Assembly: GCF_009914755.1 (NCBI RefSeq)
Contig: NC_060926.1
Length of the DNA stretch: 64,000 nt
From: the human T2T-CHM13v2.0 reference genome, Homo sapiens
Reading direction: 5' to 3' (one strand)
Positions 14,391 to 28,635 of this stretch are shown here, piece after piece. Position 1 is the stretch's first letter. The number at the start of each line of letters is the position of its first letter. The translations under genes and the position numbers were made by a program. The notes below the pieces were generated by a model. The model was not told where the DNA came from. It searched no databases and saw nothing but the letters and a program-made list of their open reading frames with translations.

Positions 14391-15049
14391 CTGACCAGCC
14401 TGAATGAAGGAGGCTATAAAAAGGCAACATTCAGACAACAAATAAAAGCTCTTGAAAATTTAAGGCATAGTAGCAGAAATAAAAAACTCAGTAGAGGGGC
14501 TGGAAGATAAAGTTGATGAAAGTTTCCAAAGAGTAGAATAAGAAGACGAAGAGTTTTAAAAGGGAAGAGAGAAAAATAAAAAATTTAGAAGACCAGTCCA
14601 GGAAATCCTAAATCTGAGAAAGAAAAAGTAAAAGAGAGTTCGAGAAAGAGAGAAGAGAGAAATAGGGGGAGGACTAAATAGTCAAAGAAATCATGTAAAA
14701 TGATTCCTCTAAACTGAAGGACATGAGGTAACAGACTGAAAGGGCCCACTGAGTGCCCAGGAAGAGAGATGAAACTAGACTCAGTGAATGGAGACACAAA
14801 GATCTAACAAGCTTCCAGGGAGAGTGGGAAAAATTCACATATGAAGGATAAGAAATCAGAATCTGTTTAGCTACAGACAGTGGAACAATGCCTCCATAAT
14901 TGTGGAACAAAATTAACATATCCAACTTTGTATTCTCCTCCCAGCAAAATTATCAATCAAGTATGAAGGTAAAATAAAGATGTTTTTATACATACATGGT
15001 CTCAAAAATTTTTCTTTTAAGAACTCTTTCTCAAAAAACTATGGACATC

Positions 15050-15385
15050 ACAGTGACTACAGTTAATAACAAAGTATTGTATATTTAAAAATTGCTAAAA
15101 GAGTAGATTTTAAGTGTTCTCACCACAAAAAAGGTAAGTATGTGAGGTAATGCATATGTTATATAGCTTGACTTAGCCATTCTACAATGTATACCCATGT
15201 GGAACATTTGTATACATTTATGGTGTACAACACAGAACATTTGTATACAACATGGAACATTTGGAACATTTGTATACATTTATGGTGTACATGATGTTTT
15301 GATATGACACGTGACATCAAAACATCATGTTGTACACCTTAAATGTATACAAATTTTACTTGTCAGTTAAAAAAATAAACTTAAA
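15050..15385 (+). mobile_element. L1MA 3' end with local tandem duplications
   Basis: 'gtgactacagttaataac...aaaattgctaaaagagtagattttaagtgttctcaccac'; 'ggaacatttgtatacatttatggtgtaca' occurs twice. Confidence 0.85.
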
Positions 15386-15886
15386 AGTGAAGCTACTGGA
15401 GGTTAGGATCCAGCAAAACAAGGGCATAAATGAAGAGAAAGGACAATGAAGGATTCAACTCCAGAGACAAGGGGAGGCATTCCCAGTGTAAGGATGAAGG
15501 GAGAATCCAGGGGAAGGCTGGTTAGAAGGCCCCAGGCAAGTCCTCTGGGAAGGTGAAGGTTGATGGAATATGTGATGTGTCTGAACATCCTGAGAGAAGA
15601 TTTAAACAACTGTCAGAGGGTTCAGATTAAATTAACCTTAGAGTCGTAAAAAACTAAACAATTGTGATAGACAATTGTGAAAAACAACTTTTTAAAAATG
15701 TTATCTTACTTGTAATTGACAAATAATAATTGTATATATTTATGAGATACAATGTGATGTTTTAGTACATGTATAAATTGTGGAATGATAAAATCAGGCT
15801 AATTAGCATATCCATCACCTCAAATATTTTTCATTTCTTTGTGGCATGAACATTCAGAATTCTCTCTTCTAGCTAATTTTGAAATA

Positions 15887-16231
15887 CCATCTGTGTTACT
15901 TAACTACAATGATACATTCTGAGAAATGCATCTTTAGGCAATTGCATTGTTGTGCAGACATCATAGAGTGACCTACACAAATTTAGACGGTATAGCCTAC
16001 CACATACCTGGACTATTGGGATAGCCTATTGCTCCCAGGCTACAAACTTGTACAGCATGTTGCTGTACTGAATACTGTAGGCAATTGTAGCAAGATGGTA
16101 AGTGCTTGTGTCTCTAAACGTATCTAAACATAGAAAAGATACAGTGAAAATATGGTATTATAATCTTATGGGACCATGGCGGTACATGTAGTCTATCATT
16201 GACCAAAACATCATTATGCAACACATGACTG
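15887..16231 (-). mobile_element. Tigger3a (TcMar-Tigger MITE)
   Basis: 'ttctgagaaatgcatc...ggctacaaacttgtacagcatgtt...ttataatcttatgggacc...catgactg'; TA TSD. Confidence 0.9.
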
Positions 16232-16333
16232 TATACAATATATTATACATTATTGTTGACTGGTCATCATTGCTGTGCAATAGGACACCAGAATTTATTT
16301 CTCTTATCTAACTGAAACTTTGTACCTGTTGAT

Positions 16334-18358
16334 GAGTTTGAGCCATAATCCTGAAAAACACAATCCTAAATGCTGTCATCCCAGATGTTGAAGTCCCAAA
16401 AGATCAAAATCCTTGAAGTCTAAAATTCCAAAAATACAATTCTGGAAAAAATAATTTAAAAAATGTAAAGACATGTGTTCACATTTTTAAAGGGGAATTT
16501 ATTTGATAAACATAAAAACACAACAGAACACTTCATAGGCCATTGTATACAACAAAATAGGCATTAATAACATACATACATTTGCAAACATAAGCACTCA
16601 GGTATACTAACAACAGTTGCAAGAGTATAAAAATTATGAGCAGACAAACCATACTCATAAAGAAGTATGTCAAAAAGCAAAATGTATAAATATATATCAC
16701 TGTGGTTGGCAATTGTGTGCACCCAGCTTTATAACATCTGAAATTCACTCATCTGAAATGCCATGACAGACAAGCTAAGTCTTTTGACAAGATTGATCAA
16801 AAACCATGATAGGTCACCACTACATACGCAGTCTCCCAAACAGCCAAGATCTTAAGAAATTTTATATTTTACAAATGCAGATGTATAAAACGAACATCTC
16901 TTCATTTATCTCTTCATTTTTATATGCACACACAATGATTACACACAGTCGATGATGTGATAATGCACTTTCATGGAATCAAATTTGCAAAAAATGCATA
17001 AAATGAATTAGAACTCTGAAAGTCTTTACACAATTTATACATCCAGTATTGAAAATGATGCAAAGATGAAACGCATAGCATGGCAAATTGGCGCTGTGAA
17101 AAGGCAGAAGTCATACATAGTTGAATAATTTGGCAGGGGAGATTTCTTGCATTTTTTGCCTGTATTATCATTTCTATGATCTTCAAATCACTTGCTGCAT
17201 TTGTATTTGGAGAGTGGTTGTGGTCTTCAAATTTTGTAAGCATACGCTGTAAATGTAAAGAAGTCTCGTTATTGCTTGGCTGTTGCAATTAAGTGATTTT
17301 CCGCTTTTGAAGCACCAATAATAATTAGCTTTTAAATTTTCATCTTTCACCATTAAGTAGCCTTGTACATTTAATTTATCACAGCCTTTTGGCGCGGGAA
17401 CAATTTTTCAGATTTCTTTCACGTGTTATAAGGAATACAGTAAGAAGAAATAATACTTTGCTTCCTCAATACCAAATCTGTATTAGTCAGAGTTCTCCAG
17501 AGAGACGTAACCAATAGGATATGTGTATAAATAGAGGAGGTTTATTAGGGGAATTGGCTCATGCAATTATGGTGACTGAGAAGTCCCATGACAGACTGTC
17601 TGCATGCTGTAGACCCAGGGATGCTGATAGAATAGCTTAGTTCAAGTCCAAAGGCCTTAGAACCAGAAAAGCCAATGATATAACTCAGTTTGAGGCCAAA
17701 AACATCAGGCCCCAGAGGGTCACTAGTGTAAATCCTGGAGTCTTAAGGGTGCCAAGCCTGGAGTTCTGATGTCCAAGGCAGCAGAAGAGAAGTTTGCCCC
17801 AGCTTTCAGAGACAAACCAATTTGCCTTCTGTATTTGTCCCCTCTGGGCCCCCAGTCAATGGGGTGGTGCCCATCAACACTGGGGGCAGATCTTCCCCAC
17901 CTGGTCCACTCACACTCACACACTCATCTCCTCTGAAAACACCCTCACAGCCACACCCCACATCATGCTTTACCAGGTTTCTGGGTATTCTTCAACCCAG
18001 TCAAGTTGACACCTACATTTAAGTCCACAAGACCACCCCTTTTCACCTTGGCATCTATATGTATCTCATTAAATCATATTTAATTTCCAAATAAAGACAA
18101 TAACAAGCTAATAGTTCCCCCAACATGATGCAGCTAACAGGATGCAATTATCCCGCATTCAACTGAAAATACACTAATCCTTTCCCCAGAATTTGGATTT
18201 TAGTATTTCAATATTCAGTATTATGATTTTGGAGATTTTAGACATTAGGGGTTTTAGACTTTGAGGATTTTAGACTTTAGGAATTTTGATCATTCAGGAT
18301 TTCATCACTGGGATTACAGTGTCAGAACTGTGTCTTCTTGGGTTAATTATTGGCACCA
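16334..18358 (+). mobile_element. Ricksha (non-autonomous MULE-MuDR transposon) carrying an ERVL passenger
   Basis: Left end 'gagtttgagccataatcc...cccaaaagatcaaaatcc...aagtctaaaattcc'; reciprocal right end 'ttttagactttgaggattttagactttaggaattttgatc'; ~9-bp degenerate TSD cctgttgat/ctcattgac. Confidence 0.85.
17479..18185 (-). mobile_element. MLT2B LTR plus adjacent HERVL internal 3' end, inside Ricksha
   Basis: 'tgtattagtcagagttctccagagagac...ccagtcaagttgacacct', followed by the reverse polypurine-tract region 'ccaccccttttcaccttggca'. Confidence 0.85.
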
Positions 18359-20159
18359 CTCATTGACTAACATCTCCCTTTTTCCCATTCACCTCTGCCC
18401 CCAGCCTCTGGTAACCACTATTCAACTCTCTACTTCTATGAGTTTAACTTGATTAGATTCTACATATAAGTGAGATTAGATGATATTTGTCTCTCTGTGC
18501 CTGGCTTATTTCACTTAATGTTCTCTAGGTTCATCCATGTTGTCTCAAATAACAGAATTTGAGGGCCTTTTTTTTTTTTAAAGCCAGAATAGTATTCTAT
18601 TGTGTATATATACCACATTTAAGAAATTTATTTATCCATTGATGCATGATGGACACTTAAATTGTTTCCATATCTTGGCTATTGTGAATAATGCTGCAGT
18701 GAAAATAGGGCTGCAGATATCTCTTTGACATATTAATTTCTATTACTTTGGGTATATGCCCAGTAGTAGGATTGATGGATCATGTGGTAATTCTAGTTTT
18801 GGTTTTTTGAGGAACCTCCATACCGTTTTCCAAGATGGCTGCACTAATTTACAATACACCAAAAGTGTATAAGTGTTCCCTTTTCTCCACATCGTCACCA
18901 GCCCTTGTTTTCTTTCATCTTTTTTATAATAGCCAAACTAAGAGTTGTGAGGTGATATGTCATTGTGGTTTTAATTTGCACTTCTCTTATGATTAAAAAT
19001 GTTAAGCACTTTTTCATATTTTTTTGGTCATTGTATGTCTTCTTTTGGGAGATGTCTATTTAAGTCCTTTGCCCATTTAAAAATTGGGTTATTTATTTTC
19101 TCGTTATTGAGTAGTTTGAGTTCCTTGTGTATTTTAGATGTTAGCCCCTTGTCCAATGTATGGTTTGCAAATATTTTCTCCAAATCTGTGGGTTGTATCT
19201 TTAGTCTATTGTTTCCTTCACTGTGCAGAGCTTTTTAGTTTGATGGAATCCCACTTGCCTATTTTTGTTTTTGTTGCCTGTGCTTGTGGGGCGATATTCA
19301 AGACATCACTGCCCAGAGAAACGTCATGGAACTTGAGAAAAATAATCATTAATTCCATGGAAAATAAAAACTGCTATAGGAAAGGAAACGTATTCTTAGT
19401 ACACTACATGGCCCAGCAATCAAAGATGCTTACATAATCACAAATGACCTAATCAAATTAGGATGTAACTATTTATATCCTAACAAATTAGGATATAATC
19501 AAATTAGGATGGAGTACAAGGAGGATGAATGGCTGTGATAGGGCATGAGAATGAAAGAGAACAAATCTCTTGCTTTTCATAGTGGAATAGCAGCATGATG
19601 TCAACCACTAAAGCAAACTATAAACAGACAAGAAACAACACAAATATGTTATTTAGAGACATAGCAATAAATCCCAAATAGCTAAAAAGAACTGAAAGTG
19701 ACTTCTGTGGGGAAGGGAACAAAAGATTGCCTTCTAGGACTATTTGTCTCTTTTATTGATGAACATATATAAGAATAAAAGTGACCAACTGACTAGTAAT
19801 AAAAAAAACTAAATAGAAAGTCTTTAAAAAGCCATTGGAGTGAAAAGCTCAAGAGATGGATTAAAATAAGAATAGACATAAGTCCCTATGGAGTTTTTTT
19901 GGTTCAATAAGTAAAGTAGGGAAAATTAGAATGAGATCATGTGGAGCAAGGATCTTGAGCAGAAAACCGAGGCCTGTTGTGCAGAGTAGGGAAATTTCTA
20001 AACCAGTTACCACTGCGCAGCCGCCTTCTACAGTCTGGCTAAAGTACCTAGAGGGAGGGAGGGAGGGAGAGCAACCAGTAGTGCCACCTTCTCTCCACCT
20101 TTGGAGAGGGACTTGATTTCCAGCACCACCTCTCTGCCCTGCCCACACCAACAATAACC

Positions 20160-20385
20160 ATTAACATTAATGTTCCAAGCATTTTACATGTATTAATGTA
20201 TTAGCATTTTATCCTCACAATCATAGTATAGGTTAAGTATTATTACTCTCATAATTAAAACTAAGGTCCACAGAATTAAGAAAGAAATTTTCTTAAGGGC
20301 ACTATGCTGGGAAGCGGAAGATTTGGGATTTGAACCCAGGTGGTCTGTCTTCGGAGTTCACATTCTCAACTATTGTGCTACAATG
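20160..20385 (-). mobile_element. MIR
   Basis: 'aagcattttacatgtatta...tcctcacaa...gggatttgaacccaggtggtctg'. Confidence 0.75.
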
Positions 20386-20394
20386 CATCTTGCT

Positions 20395-20417
20395 ACACAC
20401 ACACACACACACGCACA
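20395..20417. repeat. (CA)n microsatellite
   Basis: Direct reading. Confidence 0.9.
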
Positions 20418-20529
20418 TCCCTAAAGTCTTTGGTAAAATAGCAACGAGTTTATCTTTGAAAACAAGAATTCCTTCCATATCACAAATGAGAGTAAGCTGA
20501 AAGCAGAAGGAACAGAGGAATGCATAATT

Positions 20530-20790
20530 ATCCATTGATTTCATGTATTCCCTACCTCATTTTCAAAAAAGGTATGAATCAGTTTCCAAAAATGTCATAT
20601 ATAGTAAGTAAAAAAAATGAGCAAAAATTTTAAAAATAGACTCAAAGTAAGTGGATAAATAAATGTGCCAAATGAAAAATTCAAGAAGGTTGCTGTATCT
20701 GAAAATAAAACCTGTATATGAGCTTCCTGGCAGCCAAGATAAAGAAAGAAATGTAAGTAATTGCACAACTCTCATTATAAAATAGGAGAT
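20530..20790. mobile_element. L4 (RTE-X) fragment
   Basis: 'tgagcttcctggcagccaag...gtaattgcacaactctcatt'; similar to the second copy near 22550. Confidence 0.55.
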
Positions 20791-21669
20791 AGTTGATTGA
20801 ACGTTTATGTGATGTGCAAGTTAAGTGCATGATAGAGGAGGAATAGGAGGCAGAATATCATGTAATTAGTTATATATTGAGTTGCTGTGATTTTGGAGAA
20901 AGTTACCACTTTTCTTTCAATTATTACGAAAGTAAATTTGGAAGAGCCTCACATGGCCCTTATGTTTGTCTTGAAGATATGTGGACTGTTTCTAGGTTCA
21001 CAACACCAAAATCACAATGCAGATTGCTGTCATGTCATTAGAGCCATCCTTACAATGAATCAAGCTAATGCCAGGTGAATAAGGAAACCAACCAGCAGAG
21101 GTCCAGGTGGGACATAAACCCAGACCTGGAAAAATTGAATGTAAATGTGTTTCCCATGCTCATGGGGCTTGTTGGCCAACTCCACTTCCTCTGCTGTGCA
21201 GAGGAATTGATCGTGCAGATTTTGTAAAGTGTGGTATTCTTAAGTCGAACTGGGATGGAGGCCAGCGGTATACTGGCAGCCAAACGTGCCAGACATCTGA
21301 GTTGAGAATAGAGTCCTTAAGGTGCTCCTGGGTTCTTGGGTGCTCTGGGAAGACAGCACCCACAGCCACAGTGATATTTAACAGAATAGAAGATAGCCGA
21401 GCAATGAGCAGCTAAAGCATTAATATTTGTGTTTTTCCTCTCTCATTGACCTGATAGTCCAAGTCTCCCAGACTATCAAAAAGACTTGGATATTAACAGG
21501 AATTCAAATAATCATTTGACATTACCTAGGTGGTACCTGATGGGGCTGAGCCACTTTTAGCACAAGTCATCACATTCTCCCCAGTGGCCCACCCTGTCTC
21601 TCTCTGCCTCAGCCAAACTTTGTGAAGGGGTTGTCGACACTTGCTGACCCTACTTCATCTCTCATTTAA

Positions 21670-22020
21670 TATTCCAGTGAAATTGCTCTTGGTAGAGTAG
21701 CTAGTGACCTTCTTGTTGCCAAGTGTGCACATCTCAGTCCTTGTCTTACTTGGTCTCTTTGCAGCAGAGGATTTACCTTTTCTTTGCAAACACTTGTTTC
21801 TCCTGGCTGCCACAACTCCACAATCTCATCATTTTTCTTCTCAGGCTCTTTCCCTGGGGCCTTGGGTTTTCATTGCCCTCCTCCTGCCTGGGAGTCTGGT
21901 GCCTGTGAGCTCTCCAAGGGGAGCACTAGTCTGTTTGCCCTCCAGAGTTTCTCCTAGTACCTAGCAAAATGCCGGACATGTAGGAGGTGATCAATAAACA
22001 ATTTTGGAAGAATGAACAAA
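21670..22020 (+). mobile_element. L2 fragments
   Basis: 'gaaattgctctt...tgaccttcttgttgccaa'; 3' end 'gtaggaggtgatcaataaacaattttggaagaatgaa'. Confidence 0.65.
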
Positions 22021-22029
22021 TGTGAGTTT

Positions 22030-23075
<1,046 letters not shown>

Positions 23076-23541
23076 TAGGTACTATATACAAGATAATATA
23101 CTGGGCAGTGTCTTAGACTATCATTTTCCAAAATATATGAATGCTTCTTCAAACTGTTCCTTTAGACACCTGGATGATACTAACAGAAGGGGTAAGTATT
23201 CCAAGACACATCATAGTTGTGTCATTAGGGAAATAGATTGGGATTAGGTGAAATAAACTTCTGGGTACCAGGCACCCAGAAGATACATGCATAAAATGAT
23301 CCCAAACATCATGGCTGTCTTGCTCTTGCTGGAAAGCCTAAGTAAATTTGAGTGGAGCCTGAGGAAGACTACCTACACCTGTACTGATTTTCACAGGGAA
23401 GCACACACAGACATCCTCCTTCTGTTTTCCTCCAGAGATTTAACACTATGGATTCATAAAAGCCCCAACTTGGAAGCGGGGACAATCTGTATTCTAACAA
23501 TCAGAGCCCCTGGGAACATGTGATGTTAAAGTCCCAAAGGG

Positions 23542-23839
<298 letters not shown>

Positions 23840-26800
23840 AAAGTCCCAAAGGGAGGCCAGGGAGGACTTCGGCTCATGCTTCCCTTTCCTACCATGTTTG
23901 GGTTACATCTAAAGAACCAAGACAACACAAACCATGTTCCAAAATGAGACCCACAGAGTCAGGAAAAAAACATTATTCTTAACCCCCTCTCCAAGATCCA
24001 TATTAAAAATAGAGTTGAAAATGGGAGTGAAGGGACAAGGTTTCCAGGGAGGATTTTTGGAGAAGGCTCCAGTGCCTGTGCACACAGTGGGGAGAAATGG
24101 AGGATGCAGCTCATTCCTCTCACGATAGAGGGGCTTAAGGAGAACTTAATGTGTATCACCTTCAGTCTGGGGGCAGACTGGATTGGACCAGCCTTGAAAA
24201 CCTCAAAGGTCTTCAGATGGAGGGGCGCAGACAGAGGGCTTTACTGGGCTAGGGGAAATGGGGAAAGGATGAAGGCAGGGACTTGGAAGCTGGCTCATTG
24301 AGTGCCCTGGGGGTAAAGGAACCTCAGCCAAGAGAAGCAGAGATGTTGCTGGATTTCCAGGAACCAAGGAAGCAGAGGCAGCTGCTGGGATTGCGATGCA
24401 TCGACCTTTCACCTGCGACCCACAGGTGAGAGAACTCAGTGATGATGAAGGGGAGGGAGTTGCTGAGGAAGGTTGAACTTTAATAGCAGTTAAGTGCTGA
24501 GAAGGCCCACCCTGGAGCTTTCTTGCACCTTTCTCTAGTTCTCCTTCCTCTTCCTCCAACCCTGGGGCACTATAGTCAGCAGCTGAAGGGAGGAGAGGGC
24601 AAGGAGAGTCAGTCACAACCGCCCCACGCCCATAGTAGGCCTGAGTTGGGAGAAAGATGAGGACTCTAAATCCAGTTTTGAGTTTTTGTTATTCCACAGG
24701 AGTGGACATTTGATTTCTGAAAGGAGATTACATCTCATGGCTTCAGTGACTGTAGGACTCTTTTAGCTTAGAGGGACCAGAAAAGTCAGAGTCTGCCAGA
24801 ATTTCCTCCCACAGCGCGCATTCAAGGGGATCCTGGAAGACCACACAAAGCTTCTGTGTTCTGCCAGCACGGGATAGCGGGACATGAGCAAGTCCAAGCC
24901 TGCCCCTGCCCTGGAGATGGGGCAATGAGGGCAGAGAGTCCACTGAGGGCAGGCTTGGGTGTGGAGCACCTTCAGAGAGGGGCCCTTCCCTAGAGACAGG
25001 GCAGGAAACCAGGCTCACTCTTTGGCACCCAGGAGTCCGGGGAGTGAGGGTGACGACAGCCACAGCGGAGAGGCTCCCGGCAGGATGGGGCCTGAGGAAG
25101 CCAGTGCATCTGCAAAGGCCTGCAGGTCAGGCCCAGCTCTCAGGGGCCCCGCCAGGGGAACCTCCTCCAGCAGATAACTTGAATGAAGGGCAGGCCAGAC
25201 ACCGAGGGAAGTTAGCCCAGTGAGGCGGCCCTTGTGCCCCAGGCTCAGGGAAGGAAGGCGAGTTCAGAATCAGAATCAAAAGACGGTGTAATTAGAAGCT
25301 GCAAGTGGATACACATGAGGGCGTAATACCTGCCGTCACGCAGCTGAGAGCGCTCGGGGCACTCTGGAAGAAAGCGCAAATTCAAAGTAATATTATCATC
25401 TTAATTATAATTAGAACCTGCAAGTGGAGTCTTGAAAGGCATTTATAGCATATCCTTACTTGTTTAGGTCAGCTTCCCAGAAAGAGGGGGAAAAATAGAC
25501 TTGGACTTTCTTAATTTAGGCAAGAAATAGATCGGCCCATGCGTCAGGGCTGCTGTCTAGAGCCCCCTATGTGAGGGACGTCTTTTGGGGCTCAGTTTAT
25601 TAAAGCTCTGCCTAGAGCCTAAAAGCTCAATATGGCAGAAAATAGGCTTTTTTTTTTTGTAAGCTTTAGAGGGCTGCAAGCCAATTGGAAGCTTCCACCC
25701 GCTGTGAAGTAGTGAGACTGGTAAAATAGCTAGTAAATTACCCCTGACTCAGGGCCCATTGAGTGATAGGTCTGCAAAGCAGAGCACGAGGGGAGGACGG
25801 CCAACAAATATCCGGGGGAACCCCAGTTGTTCCTGGTTATCCCTTGGCTGATTGTCTGGACTGAGGATAATTCAGACTTGCTAAGCTTTTTCCTCTCACT
25901 TTCTACCCCTCTTAGAGGACAGGAGGCATCAGACAGGGGCCCGAGGGAGAAATGCTACCCCTTATTTAGCTGTTGTGGGAAGCTCTGGTGAAAACCCCAT
26001 GAAAGCAAGTTGGGGCTGATGGTCACAATGAGGTCTCTGCTTCTATGGAATTCAGCCGCCCACGCTGCTCCCGTGCCCGGTCCCTGTGAACAATCCAGAA
26101 ACAGCTGTGATTGGCAGAGCCACTGAAACCAGAGCTTCGTAGACGGGAGGAAAACAATCACGCCACTGTGTGGTGCAACTGGGTTTGCAGGCTCCCTGAC
26201 AGATGAAGACAAATGTTGCATAACAGCTTATGAAAAATTGGCTTAAAAAAACTCTGCATACCTGGGTCATAGTCAATGAGAACTAATGTAGGTGCTTCTA
26301 TCCCATCTCCTATTCCCAAAATTTAGGCACCCAATCTCCCTTGGTTTCCAAGGGCCCCTTTCATGCCCAGCTCTGCCCTGTCTCATGCTCGAAACCCATT
26401 TCTTGATCCCCTTTCCCTTCTCCACTCAGCTCCTACGTTCCAAACTTACCTACCCTTAGACCAATTCCTTAAGGACTCTGATAGTTTGACAATCAGCAGT
26501 TTGGGACTAACGTATCTCCTCTTCCAGATAACATTCGATCCTACCTGGAGCTTCACGGAGTTGTGCCCTCATCTAAAAGGAGGCTGTGGGGGAATGTTTG
26601 AGGCGCCGCCTGGCCCCGGGGGGAGACAGTTCAGTGTAGGGCGTCTCTCAACAGCACCAGATGCATACAAGTCTGAAGTCTTGGAGCATCAGGACTTTTT
26701 TTTTTTTTTTCAATTTTGCTCTGAGCTTTTTGGCGACTATCCTTGCTCAAATAAGTTTTTCTCTAAGTTTCTAATTCATAGGTTTGTCATGATTCACATT

Positions 26801-28409
26801 TAAAACAAATTTTAATCATTCCCACCTCCCCTCCCCCCCCGCCCTTAAGTGTTGTAGCAGCTTTTCCCCTGGGTGGAAAGAAACCTGGAGTCTGTTCCAA
26901 AAACTTTGGAAAAGGAAGCCCTGATCTCTCCAGTGCTCACTATATACTTTCCATGCACGGGAGTGGTTTACTGTAGCAAAGAGTATTTTGTTATGCCTTC
27001 TGGGTAATTTTGTGCAAAAATTTACAATGTCAAGGGAACATGGTTATTAGGAGCAAACCGTACAACTCCTTATCTGTTTCTCCACAGGCGCTAGCCATGG
27101 GGTTCAGAGCCAAGTGCCAGCTCTTCCTGCTAAAAATGTTCTCAATTTGGTCTCCGCCAGCAGTGAGGACAGCAGTGTGAATGTGTGAATTCTTGCTCCA
27201 AACTGGCTAGAACCAAGTTTTGTAAATGTCATTTCTTGGGATGCTGTTTTATCTGAGAAATCACATTTCACCAGCAGCACTGAAACTAGCTGATGATGCC
27301 ATAATAAGTTCTGACTCCTGCAGGGAGAAGCTCTTTGAGGCCCTTTTTCAATACAGCTGACATGTTTTTCATTTAAGAGCCTTTTTAGGACAAGTTTAAA
27401 CTCTCACATCACTCTATAAATCTTATGAAATGAAAATCAAATTCAGTACAGTTACAAGCTGTTCAATTCTATCTCCTTTATAACATTTATAACTAATATA
27501 ACAGAAAATTTAAAAACCCTCTTTCGTGCTTTCTACCAAGGCGGCAATATGGACTCAATATACACAAAATGTAGAACTGAAAATGAATTACATGTTTAAA
27601 ATACAGATTTTTACACAACAAGACAACAGTCCTGGACCTCCTCCTCCTTAAAAATTAATGTCATAATCTCCAAAGCATTTTTGGTCATGCAAAGTCACTA
27701 TCAGATAAACCTCAAATTCATAATTTCAAGATAAGAGACACTGCCTCAAAATGGAAGAAAATGTCTTCTTCTAGAATCATTAGGTATATTATTTTACTTG
27801 GTAGGTTACTTGAAGCCGGCAGTTAAACTGGTCCCTAGATATTTATTAACCTAAGAAAAGACACGGGAAAATGTACTTCATACAGTCTTCAAGCAGATAC
27901 TCCACTGTTTTAAAATGAATTTCATTAAGGCTTATACTCAATACACCTACTATACATGTGTATTTAAAATATAGTTTTTCCACTAATTGCAAGATTTAGT
28001 GAAAATGTGGCTTTGGCAGGCAATGAATAATAAGTATGCTACATATTCAGTAAAGTTAAAGTTGGGCTTGAAAATAACCATTTATTTATTGTTCAGATTA
28101 CAATAAAATCTTGTTTGCCTGGAACTCAGGCTACTAGGAATATCAAATAAGAGAAATGTTTTGGAAATGTTCTGCTTTTACAGTTGTTAGGATGTGACTA
28201 GTAACTAAGTTGATAAAGAGGTGTATGTAACTAATAAAAGCAAAAACTTCTAGGTTGCACATTAATAGCTGTGTAGCTTCACCCCAGGCTCTTCGCCATT
28301 TGAGGATATAGTCCTCTGTGCAGTTTCATGCTCATGGGAAGACCCTGGATGGTTCTGAAGGGTTGTGTGCACCCAGTGCCTAAGTACAACGCCCCCAGAG
28401 CAAAGAGGT

Positions 28410-28635
28410 AGAATATGGTAGTAGCTAAGTATGTGGACTCCAATGCCAGTCAGTCTGAGTTCAAAACCCAACCATACCACGTACTCACTGTGTGACTTTA
28501 GGCCAAATTGTCAACCTCTTTAGCCTCAGTTTCCTTATTATGTAAATAAAGTTATATCATTGGATTGTGAAGACTATACTAGTGTAGAGTGTCTAGCAGC
28601 ACGCAGGCACATAGAAGGCACTCAATAAATGTGAA
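28410..28635 (+). mobile_element. MIR
   Basis: 'ctgagttcaaaaccc...ctgtgtgactttagg...agcctcagtttcctt...aggcactcaataaatgt'. Confidence 0.8.

Larger units (their letters stand above)
15689..19330 (-). mobile_element. L1MA 3' region, split by Tigger3a and Ricksha
   Basis: 'taattgacaaataataattgtatatatttatg', 'ctaactgaaactttgtacc', 'tgaggaacctccataccgttttcc'; degenerate TSD aattgtgaaaaacaac/acttgagaaaaataat. Confidence 0.85.
14430..19790 (+). mobile_element. HAL1 (half-L1) in three pieces (~14430-15045, ~15390-15680, ~19330-19790) hosting nested insertions
   Basis: L1 ORF1-like 'aactcagtagaggggctggaagataaagttga', 'aatttagaagaccagtccagga'; 3' part 'aggaaaggaaacgta...tacactacatggcccagc'. Confidence 0.7.

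Noticed and set aside
15201-15291. Repeated ggaacatttgtatacatttatggtgtaca units
   Set aside because: Local slippage duplication inside an L1MA 3'UTR.
24250-24730. Possible ancient Gypsy-like LTR and overlapping 137-aa minus-strand ORF
   Set aside because: Similarity is too vague to call; the ORF is low-complexity with no homology I recognise.
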